Shown here: positions 1-9,600 of the stretch, piece after piece
How the letters are laid out: every line of letters starts with the position of its first letter
Numbering within the stretch: position 1 is the first letter of the stretch
Assembly (NCBI GenBank): GCA_045540795.1
Contig: JAZQHW010000147.1
Coordinates: 1-44,752 of the forward strand
Direction of reading: 5' to 3'
DNA length: 44,752 nucleotides
DNA from: Faecousia sp.
GTDB taxonomy: Bacteria; Bacillota; Clostridia; Oscillospirales; Oscillospiraceae
Program-made: the position numbers and the translations under genes
The notes under the pieces: model-generated
What the model was told of the DNA's origin: nothing
The model's input: only the letters and a program-made list of their open reading frames with translations
The model's database searches: none

Positions 1-10
1 CATGGCTACG

Positions 11-41
11 ATCCGACTTCACCGAAAGGTGACGGATTTTT
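11..41. terminator. Hairpin immediately downstream of the PqqD-family gene (possible terminator or REP-like element)
   Basis: ATCCG-AC-TTCACC-GAAA-GGTGA-CGGAT imperfect inverted repeat at 11-37. The T-run follows on the + strand, not on the - (coding) strand, so function is uncertain. Confidence 0.35.
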
Positions 42-307
42 CATTCTTCCAGCAAATCTTTTTGGCGCAGCTTGTCCAGGAAAGCCTCGATATCTGCTTC
101 TGCCTGGGCAGGCTCCACTTCAAACTGTTCTGTAACTGCCGCTACAATGGTGGCAATCTCTGTTTCTTCCTCCAGGCATTGCCAAATCACACGGCTGACT
201 GCATTTAGGACGATCATTCCGTTAAAGCGCAGGGCAGTTTCCCCTACAGGAATCGCCAAAACCTCATCCACCACCTGGCGGATCATAAAGTTACCATTGA
301 GTTTCAT
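41..307 (-). CDS. Stand-alone PqqD-family RiPP recognition element (RRE)
   Basis: 88 aa MKLNGNFMIRQVVDEVLAIPVG...GMIVLNAVSRVIWQCL...IVAAVTEQFEVEPAQAEADIEAFLDKLRQKDLLE matches the PqqD pattern (LN..G/S..IW..L; Y/F.V....A..D...F...L....L). Start moved to ATG 307 because GGAGGTG lies just upstream. Confidence 0.9.
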   Translation of the reverse strand: MKLNGNFMIRQVVDEVLAIPVGETALRFNGMIVLNAVSRVIWQCLEEETEIATIVAAVTEQFEVEPAQAEADIEAFLDKLRQKDLLEE

Positions 308-320
308 AAGCGCACCTCCG

Positions 321-1439
321 TTACTTATCTGCATCGTAGATCGCTACCGTAACGATCTGGCTGGAATCCTTGGAATAATGGCTGGGACGCAGAGTTTGGG
401 CTGCTTTTCCTTCCAAATTGGTCAGCTTCAGGGTAAAGGTGATGCCACCCACAAAAACATCTGCATCCTCCATATAATACTTATAAAACACACGGACTGC
501 CGGGATAGGCTGCTTAGTCAAATTCTCCACTGTGATAGATCCGTCCCCGTTGTCGGTGACCTTTACCTCCGGTGCAAAGCTGCCTGCGGTGTTGCCTTCT
601 GCCACCAACGCCGTACATCCGGTGGGCTTGCCCTGGGGTACTGCTTTTCTCTGCTGCGCCTGAACAACTGCCCGCTCACCGGCAGGCAGCGCAGATACCT
701 GGAAAAGCAATTCCTCTTCCCCGTACTGCACCGTGATCCGGGCATATTCCAACGTTTCACTGCCGGTGTTTTTTACCAGCAGCATCGCCACATCCTTGAT
801 CTGAGCATTGGTGCCGTCTTCCACATACATACCGGAATAAGGCGCAAGCTTCTCGATCACCAAAGAATGTCCCGGGATCTGGCTGGGGAAGGTGATTCCC
901 GTTTCTTCTCCCGTTACCGGATCTGTTTCCTGGGGAACTGTTACTTCCGGAACGGTTTCCATTTCCTCCGGTTCGGTAGGTTCTACCTCCGGCAAGGTGG
1001 TTTCTTCCGGCTCTGTTTCCTCAGGTTGGGTTGCAGGCTGAGAAGCTTCTTCTGTAACCTCAGTTGTTTCCTCCGGCTGCGTAGTTTCTCCCGGTTGGGC
1101 CGTTTCTGCGGTTTCTTCCGGCTCTGTCACAGATTCTGTCGCTTCTGTGGTTTCAGCCGACTTGGTTGTCTCAGTTGTTTCTTCCGGTTTGGTAACTTCC
1201 GTAGAAGCTGTTGTTTCTATAGAGGGATTTGTTGTTTCCCCATTTGCTTCCCCTGTAGTTTCCCCGGTGCTCTCCCCGGGCAGGGTAGTCGTGACAACCG
1301 GGTCTGTTCCTGACGGGGCAGACTCCGGCTTGGGCATTGTGACTGCCCAAATCAGCAGTCCGGCAAATACCACCGCGGCAACTGCCAGACCTGCTACAAG
1401 CCATTTTGTTTTCGCCGTCATTTTTCTCTCTTTTCCCAT
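321..1439 (-). CDS. Membrane-anchored hypothetical protein with long acidic Thr/Glu/Pro-rich linker and C-terminal beta-rich domain
   Basis: N-terminal basic residues and a TM helix (WLVAGLAVAAVVFAGLLIWAV), ~140 aa T/E/P low-complexity stalk, then ~190 aa globular region. RBS AAGGAGG. Overlaps the end of the radical SAM gene by 22 nt. Confidence 0.8.
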   Translation of the reverse strand: MGKERKMTAKTKWLVAGLAVAAVVFAGLLIWAVTMPKPESAPSGTDPVVTTTLPGESTGETTGEANGETTNPSIETTASTEVTKPEETTETTKSAETTEATESVTEPEETAETAQPGETTQPEETTEVTEEASQPATQPEETEPEETTLPEVEPTEPEEMETVPEVTVPQETDPVTGEETGITFPSQIPGHSLVIEKLAPYSGMYVEDGTNAQIKDVAMLLVKNTGSETLEYARITVQYGEEELLFQVSALPAGERAVVQAQQRKAVPQGKPTGCTALVAEGNTAGSFAPEVKVTDNGDGSITVENLTKQPIPAVRVFYKYYMEDADVFVGGITFTLKLTNLEGKAAQTLRPSHYSKDSSQIVTVAIYDADK

Positions 1440-2554
1440 AGCGTGCCCTCCTTAATCTGCTGAACCAGCTTTTCTCTTTGGGGGCGCATTGCCTTGGTCA
1501 TCGCACAACGATACTCCGGCACTTTATCAAAGCAGCCGCTTTCTGTGATCACCATAGCACCACAAGCGTGGCACTCTTTCTTCAGTCCGCAGCCGGCACA
1601 TTCCACCGGCAATCGAATTGTGGCAATCTGCTCCTTCACAGCTTCCCAGGCAGGCAGGAAGTCTTCCCGGGTCAGATTCCGGGCATCTTTTTCCGGGAAC
1701 ATACCGCAAGCCATCAGCTTTCGCTCCCAGGTGACCCAGAAGCTGCACTTACCGCCCCGGCAACGGATACCGTCCCCCTCCGGGACGCAGGTATCTTCCG
1801 GGATCGGTTCTGTGGGTGTGCCCCGGAGAAAATCCTCTTCTCCATAAACTAAGTATTCACAAAAGGCGGTACAGTACGCCGCCTCTTCTGCTGTCAATCT
1901 TACATTTCTGCCAACCTGCTCCGGATCCTTTCGTATCGGTGGGAACATATAGGCAGTGGTTTGCAGCACCAGATCGTTTTCCTTGGCAAATGCCACGATC
2001 TGCGGCAGCTCCTCCCTGTTCTGGGGGGTAATGCTGCAGCTGAGCTTCACAGGGATCCCCGCCTGCTTTAACAGACGTATGGCTCTTTCCACCTTGGTGA
2101 AGCCCTGTTTATCGCCACACAGACGTTCATATGCGGCATTGGTTGCTCCATACAGGCTGACGTTGATCCGCAGCGGCGGCACTTTTTTCAGCCATTGTAC
2201 CGTTTCTTCCGTGATCAGCGTACCGTTGGAATTAATGCTGATCAGAAGACCCATTGGATGCAGACCTTCCATAATTTCCCTAAAATCCGGGTGAGAGAAA
2301 GGTTCACCGCCGGTGAGCAGCAAATAAAGCATTCCTGCATCTCTGGCTTCCTTTGCCAGTGCCAACCATTGAGCACCGGTGGACAGGGGACGGATCGCCT
2401 CCTGCTGCTGCCGGGTCAGGCGAATATAACACATTTTGCAATTCAGATTGCACAGGGGTGTTAATTCAAAAGTACCGCTTAAAGGCACACCGGTACTGGC
2501 TGCCTTTTGATACAAATACTCCGTTATGACAGGCGTTACCGGCAAATGATTCAT
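1418..2554 (-). CDS. Radical SAM/SPASM domain protein (peptide-modifying type)
   Basis: CxxxCxxC (CNLNCKMC), TGGEP and NSNG motifs. C-terminal SPASM-type cysteines CRGG...C, ACG, CAGC-x5-CHAC, YRC. ATGA overlap with the upstream kinase gene. Confidence 0.93.
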   Translation of the reverse strand: MNHLPVTPVITEYLYQKAASTGVPLSGTFELTPLCNLNCKMCYIRLTRQQQEAIRPLSTGAQWLALAKEARDAGMLYLLLTGGEPFSHPDFREIMEGLHPMGLLISINSNGTLITEETVQWLKKVPPLRINVSLYGATNAAYERLCGDKQGFTKVERAIRLLKQAGIPVKLSCSITPQNREELPQIVAFAKENDLVLQTTAYMFPPIRKDPEQVGRNVRLTAEEAAYCTAFCEYLVYGEEDFLRGTPTEPIPEDTCVPEGDGIRCRGGKCSFWVTWERKLMACGMFPEKDARNLTREDFLPAWEAVKEQIATIRLPVECAGCGLKKECHACGAMVITESGCFDKVPEYRCAMTKAMRPQREKLVQQIKEGTLWEKREK

Positions 2555-3435
2555 AATCTATTCTCCTGTTCCAGAGTGTTCTTTAACAGCATCACCGCAT
2601 CTGCATCCGGGCGGCAGCTAAGACGGTAGACCGGAACTTTTACCAAAAGATCGGCAAGGAGTGTCAATGCAAGATCCACAGACCGGGAATCCCAGCGATG
2701 GATTGCCAGCTCCGGGAACAGGCAGCGAAGTGCTTCCTGCTCTGTAAGCCGCACAATGCGGTTTCCTTCCGCCTGCTCCAGCACCACCAGCGCCGCCAAA
2801 GGGGCGGCTTCATTGCGATAGATCCCGGAGCTGCCGGCATAGGGCAGACCCCAGCCTTTCCATTGGTTTTTCTCTTCCTTCAGCGCTGCCCGATCTCCGT
2901 TCAGGATCCGGGCACCCAAATGCTTTTCCCAAAGATCAGCCTGAGTAGATTTACCGATACCGCAAGGACCGGTAAAGCCGATACCCCGACCCCGGTATTG
3001 GATCAATGCGCTATGAAGCACAAAGGTTTTTCGCTCCAACAGGATCTGCTCCGTTGCCACCTTGTTAAAGATCCCCGTAGTACCGGCAAAGTACTTTGCC
3101 GCCTCCGGTAAATACCGCAGGGTGATCCGATTCTCCTTGATATGAACAGAGCCGTAAGGCTCCTGCTGAGGGTGGGAATGGTAAAAAATCCACAGCTCAT
3201 CCAATTTCCGGATATAGTGGACACCGCCGATCCAAGACCCTTTTCCGGGAGAATTGGGAATGGCTCCCGGCTGAACGTCCAGGAGTACATCATACGCATC
3301 CCCCGCCGGCTCCCGGAGAAAAGGCAGAAAGTTTCCGCCGATCTCCAGGTCAGCCGGTGCCTGCATCCGAACACAGATACCGGCAAGGATAATATCCCAA
3401 GATTTCAAATTATCAGGAATGGAATGCGGTTGCAT
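2551..3435 (-). CDS. HprK-related P-loop kinase (ScmC / lasso-peptide-kinase-like)
   Basis: LHSA followed by Walker A GPCGIGKST, then LNGDR and GLPYAGSS, the arrangement of HprK-related kinases in RiPP clusters. Start uncertain (ATG 3435 or TTG 3408). Confidence 0.8.
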   Translation of the reverse strand: MQPHSIPDNLKSWDIILAGICVRMQAPADLEIGGNFLPFLREPAGDAYDVLLDVQPGAIPNSPGKGSWIGGVHYIRKLDELWIFYHSHPQQEPYGSVHIKENRITLRYLPEAAKYFAGTTGIFNKVATEQILLERKTFVLHSALIQYRGRGIGFTGPCGIGKSTQADLWEKHLGARILNGDRAALKEEKNQWKGWGLPYAGSSGIYRNEAAPLAALVVLEQAEGNRIVRLTEQEALRCLFPELAIHRWDSRSVDLALTLLADLLVKVPVYRLSCRPDADAVMLLKNTLEQENRL

Positions 3436-3664
3436 CGCTGGTCAGGTTGTGATAGCAACCCAGAGGTGTCAAATTACCATCCTCTGTGCAAGCATTGTTA
3501 CCCAGTGTGAACAACATTATGCCGCCAAAATTCCATGCACAATTCTGCGTGCTTTGCAGGGTCAAATCCTCCAGTGCCACCTTTTCAGAGCAGGCACGGT
3601 TTGTACTCTGGGCAGCTGTAAACATTTCCGCCTGGAACAGCGGTGCCGTATAAACTTTTTTCAT
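3413..3664 (-). CDS. Candidate RiPP precursor peptide (83 aa, 4 Cys)
   Basis: Strong RBS (GGAGG, inside the last codons of the upstream gene). Leader MKKVYTAP with YxxP motif; Cys25/42/59/70; ends CYHNLTSDATAFHS. Sits directly upstream of kinase, radical SAM and PqqD genes. Confidence 0.8.
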   Translation of the reverse strand: MKKVYTAPLFQAEMFTAAQSTNRACSEKVALEDLTLQSTQNCAWNFGGIMLFTLGNNACTEDGNLTPLGCYHNLTSDATAFHS

Positions 3665-3669
3665 TTTGA

Positions 3670-6600
3670 CTATCCTCCTATTTTCAGCCAGGAACGAATA
3701 CTTCCGAACAAACGGCTGATAAACTTTTTATACTTTAACATTTCCTCTCTGTCGCCGGGTTCCTCTGCCGGAGGCTCGGTAGCTTCCGGTTCCGTTGCTT
3801 CGGGCTCGGTAGCTTCCGGTTCGGTGGTTTCCGGCTCCGTTACTTCGGGCTCGGTGGTTTCCGGCACTTCCTCTTCCTGTCTGTTCATTCGCAGGAAGAA
3901 GGTTTGCACTGCCTCCACCGCCTCGCTGCTCTCCACCTTCAGGACACCACCGTTGGCAGGTACGCCCTTCAAACTGGTAGCACGGAGCTGGGTGACAGAC
4001 ACGATCGGTGCTTTTTCTCCCTCTGTCGTGGCTTCGGAATCGTTCATAATCACGATATAGCCGTCCACCGGAGTTACCTGGTAGAACATATCTGTCGAGT
4101 GGGACAGCTGGATCTGCACAGGCTCCTGACTGTCGATGCCGCTGACGGCAACCGTTACTGGCACACCGTTCAAGCTCTTAAGTCCCACATAGTAGGTATT
4201 GGCAGGATCTACCTTCAGCACGATGGACTGACCCTGAGTCATATACACCTCATTTTTAGGACCGTATTCCCGGAAGGTTCCGATCTCATAAGAAGGAGTA
4301 CCGTCATCCACGGCATCGTTACCGCTTTGTTGGCCGTCCCGGATCCAGTCGATAAATACTGCACCGGTTTTGCCGTCGGTACCGTCTGTCTGGTCGATAT
4401 TAAAATCATTGTAGTCCAGCAGGATATCCCGGACTTCGGTAAAGACTGCATTCAGTTCCTTTCCGTATGCGTCCTTAACCGTTTCGTCAGCATAGGTCTG
4501 GTCGCTGTCCAGGGGGTTATAGACCCGGATACCGTCCAGATAATATTCATACCGCTTGCCGTCATCGGTGGGATAGTCTTCCTCTGCCTTAGCGCTGGAA
4601 GCCAGCAGCTTGACACAGTAGGTACCGTATTTCAAATTCCGGAAGCTGACAGTGGGGATATGGTAGTAATCACCGGAAACTGCCAGGTTATCCATAATGA
4701 ATCCGGACTGTCTTACCAGCGTTTCCTCGCCGTTTTCTTCTTTCACCTGATACAGAGTTGCCATAATCAAGCCGGACTTGCTGTTGGTACGGGTGTAAAC
4801 ATCCACACCGGTACCGGTAAAGGTGAATTGTACACCGGCACCCCGTTCCTTATTGATACCCGTTGCGTGGGCACTGCCATCGGAGAAATCACCATCATCA
4901 TCCATAGAATCGATCCAGCCGTGGACATCGCCGTAGGGCGGATTTTCCAAATGCTCCGGGGTTTCGGTGTTTTGATCCGCTGCAGCTTCTCCGCCGTTAC
5001 CGAAAACAGTTTCCCAGCTGCCGGTGAAGGTAAATCCGTCCACACCGGTACCGTCACCGTTATCGGTTGTCACAAAGGAATCCTCATAATACACGCTGTT
5101 GGCAGGGATCACATTTACCTTGGACCACAGGTTGCCGTTTTGGTTGGCATCTTGAGAAACAACGGTGTTCCGCCAGGTGTTACCAAAGACATAGAACTGG
5201 TCATAGGCGCCCCAACGCATCGTGGTGGGTGTGTAGGTGACCACGCCGTCCTTCAGTTCCACAGTACCGTACTTGGTAGCCGTCAGCTTATTCTGCGGCA
5301 AAGTTTCATCGAACCAGGTCATACCGTCGCTGAAAATATTATCCAAATGGATAGCAGATGCCTGCTTGTCACCCTCGGAATCGTAATACCACCCGGTAAG
5401 GGTGAATTCCTTGGCATAGTCCAGCACATAGGCCCGCTCTACAAATATGGTAGAGGGCTGATCGAAGGGCAGCAACAGCACCCGCTCACCCTGGGCATTT
5501 TTCGGCAGCCACAGACCGGATTCCGGATTGTTGGTCAGGGTGGAGCGTCCCCACTCCACATCTTCCCGTCCCTCGATCCGGGTGATCTGTACCATCAGCC
5601 GGTATCCGTTGGGATGGCTTTCGTTGATATACCAGTTACTGAAATCATAGCCGGTAATATCCACCGTATGGGGGTGGTAGTCCTGTTCGTTGGGATCGGT
5701 GGCATTTTCTGCATCCAGATTAAACACCTGAATGCTCACGCCCTCCTTACCGGTAACAGATGTCTGTCCGGTCTTCAGCTCCAGGGTGGCCATCGTGACC
5801 AGCTCCGGATCGCCGTTGCCGTCCACCGCCCAATCCACCTGGCCGGTGGTGTTGTTGTAAACACCTTCCTGGGTATAGGCAGTGATCACCGTATCCTCAG
5901 TGAGCACCAGACCCTGTCCCATAATATCCCGGAGGATGGTATCCTCGTGAAGGATGATCTCCGTGGTGATCTTGGTGGTGATCTCCTTCATAACATTGTT
6001 AAAATAGTCATTCAGCTGGTCCGCACTGTCGGTGGTCTGATAGTAACCACTGTGCTCCGTGGGGCGGTACTGACTGTCCAGATACGCATAGACGGTCTGT
6101 CCGCCCACCTGCCCGTTGGTAACGGTGGGATTCTTGGTAGTGGAGATACTGTTGTTGGTGGTAGTAAGCCAGCCGCTGGTCTGGTAATACCAGCAGTTCT
6201 GCCAGCGCCAGCCCACACGGACATAGCCATACTTCAGCGGCAGATAGTTTCCGTCCTGCAGCACATAGTAGGTGGCATTGCTATCCAGCACAGTGCCGTT
6301 CTCCAGCTGGGTATAGCCGCCGTAGATCACATCCTCCATAGACTTCGCTTCCGGATAGTTGGAGGACAGGGCATTCATATAGACCGCCTGGTCACTGTGC
6401 TCATCCACACCCTGGCTGTGATACAAACCGATGGTGTAGCTATAGGCATTGTAGGTATTCTTGGTGATATAAGCCTCGGCAATGGCTTCGTTGGCCGTGG
6501 CGTTGTCAAAGGTGCCGATACCAGGCATACCGTCGGTGAACATCACCATAACCCGCACACGGTCCTGCTCCGCCTCTGTATCGTGCTGGGCAAAGATCTT

Positions 6601-9600
6601 GTTTGCCATCTCAATACCGTACTGCACATAAGTGCCGCCATTGGAGGCAAGGTGCTGGGTGGAAGCGAGCAAACCGGGGTTCACACCACCGGAACCGTTG
6701 GCACCCACAGAAACCGGGATCAGCGCATCCTTATAAATATTCACCTGGGGATTTCTGCCGGTTGTGGAAGTACGGGTGAACAGTCCGGAGTGGCCATCGG
6801 TGCAGGTGTAGCTGCTGCCGGTGCCATAGGCGTGGATCTGCCGGGGCTCAATGCCCTGGCGGTGCGTCCACACATCCTCGTGGTAGGTGAAAAATTCTTT
6901 CCAGGAGTAGGACAGCTTGGCGCCGTCCCGCTCATAGATCCACATACCGCTGAGGTTCCGGGTCAGTGGTACAAAGCGACCGGAATGATAGTCATTGGGG
7001 TCATCGTAAACATAACCGTAAACCTGGACGCCTTCCAAATCCTCGATCCGGGCATCCTCTTCTGAGATCAGATGGTAGTAACTGTCGTGATGCCGCAGAC
7101 GCAGGTATTCGCCGTTGTTAAACACATAGTAGTCACCATCCGCCAGAGGTGCACCGTGGTACTGGGAGTACACAAAGCCGGTGGTGGGATACGGATAGAA
7201 GTCACCCTTGGAGTCAAACACACCGGTATTGACCCATTCGGAGGTGTTGCCGCCGGCGATGGGGTAATCGTTGGTGTTGGTACCGGTAGGCGGTTCATCC
7301 GCATCACCGGCATAGCCTACCACCGCGATCCGGTGGTCCACTTCGTTGATACGGCCGTGGTTGGCAATTGCCACCACAAAACTGTTCAATGCCGTCTGGA
7401 GTTCATCCAGATAGCCTTCCTTAATAATAGAACCGGACTGGTCAATGACCATTACGATATCCAGGGGCGTATTCTGCTGGATCATAGTAGTCACCGGATT
7501 ATCTCTGGTGAAGGTATCCAGCCAGACGGTATAGGTGCCGTTGTTTTCCAAAGTAGCGGTCTTGTCCAGATGCAGATTGCTCTCCACCTGGTCCGTAAAG
7601 CCGTCTGAGCCGTCGGACAGGTAATACAGAGTGATCAGATTCGCAGCATTCTCCACCACTGTCAGGGTGGGATTCTGCTCATCATCCTGGTACTGACCGC
7701 CGATGGTGGCGCCCACATACTTGTAACCAAGGATGGCTACCGCCTCGTCCCGGGCAGCAATTACTGCACCCACCCGGGCATTGTTATAAACCTTGGAGCC
7801 TTGCAGCACCTTCTCGGTGTTCAGCTCCAGATAGCGGACAACATATGCCGGATCTTCCACAGGCTCCCACTGGGCAGTAAGGGTCACAGACTCTGCCAGC
7901 GCACCTGCTACCGAGATATCACCCATACTTGTGTGGATGCCTGCGTTACTTTCATAAGTCCAACCCTTGAAAACATAACCGGGTCGGTAAGGATAGGCAC
8001 GAAGAGTATCGGCAAAACCCCAGGTATGGCTGGCAGAAAGGAAGGTTCCGCCTCTTCCGTCATCGGTGACGAAATCCTGCATACCCTGGATGGCTCCCAG
8101 CTCTTCTTCCGGAGCATTCAGATCAAACAGAATGTGGTATTCCTTGGGGATCAGCTTGGCCCGAAGCCAGCGGGTGGCACTGTTTGTGGCGTTGTCCCAG
8201 CGGACAGGGTCGCTATATTCAATGACATAAGGAGCCGTGTCACTGTTAAATTCGGTGCCGGTGGCATCAAAGACACCGGGAACACTGCCGTATAGCCTGG
8301 TAATGTTCATCTGATACTGATACAGCGTACCGTTGGTGTGCCATTTCCACACATGATAGCCGCCGGAACCAACACCGTTGCTTCCTACAAGAATGTAAGT
8401 GCCGTAGGGGTCGGTATCGTGCTGTGCGATCCGGGTGTACTGGCCGTTATTGCCCAGATCCCGGTAGAGCACCTCCACCAGGGAGTCGTTGGGCCGGAAG
8501 CCTTCTGCCAAAGCAGAGGCATCCACCTCCATCATCAGGGGGAATGTCTCCGGATCCAGCTGCAGATGCACATTGACCTGGGCAATATCGTCGTCTCCGG
8601 CCAATGCCACAAACTCTTCCCCAGTGTAAGAATCCGGCTCCGGATCGATCTCATTGTCGTAGGTACTGGTGTAGTTCAGCTCCAGCACCTGGATCCGGTA
8701 TTCTGCACCGTCCTGAGGAACCTTTTCAAAACTGTACGCAGCCGTAGCCGTATCACTGCCGTCAGGGTAGGTAAATCTAACGATTTCACCGGCCACATCA
8801 TTGAACGAGCCGTTGGGCAGCTTCCGCTGCAGGACCACCAGCGATTCCTTTGCCCGGTCCTGCTCATTGATGGTCACATTGGTGTCCTGCATATAGGTGG
8901 CAGTCACGGTAACCATACCCTGAATGGTGAAGGGTGTACTCCACTTGGCATAGTAGGTCACATTCCCGGTCAGATATGCGCCTGCCCGGTTTTCTGCCGG
9001 CAAGGTACACGCCGGATCCAGGAACCAACCGGAGAAGGTGTAATCTTCGTCAGAATGGGTGGGGAGCTTGCTGTAAAGCTCCGGATACAGGAACTGGTTC
9101 TCCAAAATCAGTACATCCTGCCCCTCCACCGTGCCGCCCTGGGCATCGAAGGTCACCTGATAGGAATGAATATCCACGGTAACAGTGGGCGTACCGTTCT
9201 GGTGCCGGTAGTCAATATCATAATAGGTGCCGGTAAGGTCGGTATTGCTGCCGGCAGGGTAGGTGGGAACTGCGCCCTGTCCGCCGGTAATACCGTCGGG
9301 CTCGTTGGTCACCACTGCCGTGTACAGACCGGAGCCGTCTGGGAGGTAGGTGATCCCGTCTGCCGAGGGAGCAGCAGGCAGGATGGTGCCGTCGGGCATC
9401 ACAAAGGAGGTGACCTCCACCCGGTATGCATACGGTTCATCACTGTCTGCCCAGTATTTCCACACCGGGTACAGGCCGGAGCCTCTGCCGGTTTCCGGAT
9501 CGATGCGCACCGTAGAGGGAGGCAGGGTGCCTGCGTGCTGGAAGATCGTATGCCAGCCCAGCACACCGTTTTCATCGTAGCTCCAGCAAGTAATCTTCAC

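Noticed and set aside
72-1313. 413-aa + strand ORF with Phe/Arg/Cys repeats
   Set aside because: Antisense reading of the T/E/P-rich stalk gene and pqqD.
41-2554. PQQ biosynthesis (pqqD/pqqE) or SCIFF assignment
   Set aside because: No pqqA (ExxxY core), pqqB or pqqC. The peptide lacks the six-Cys SCIFF pattern.
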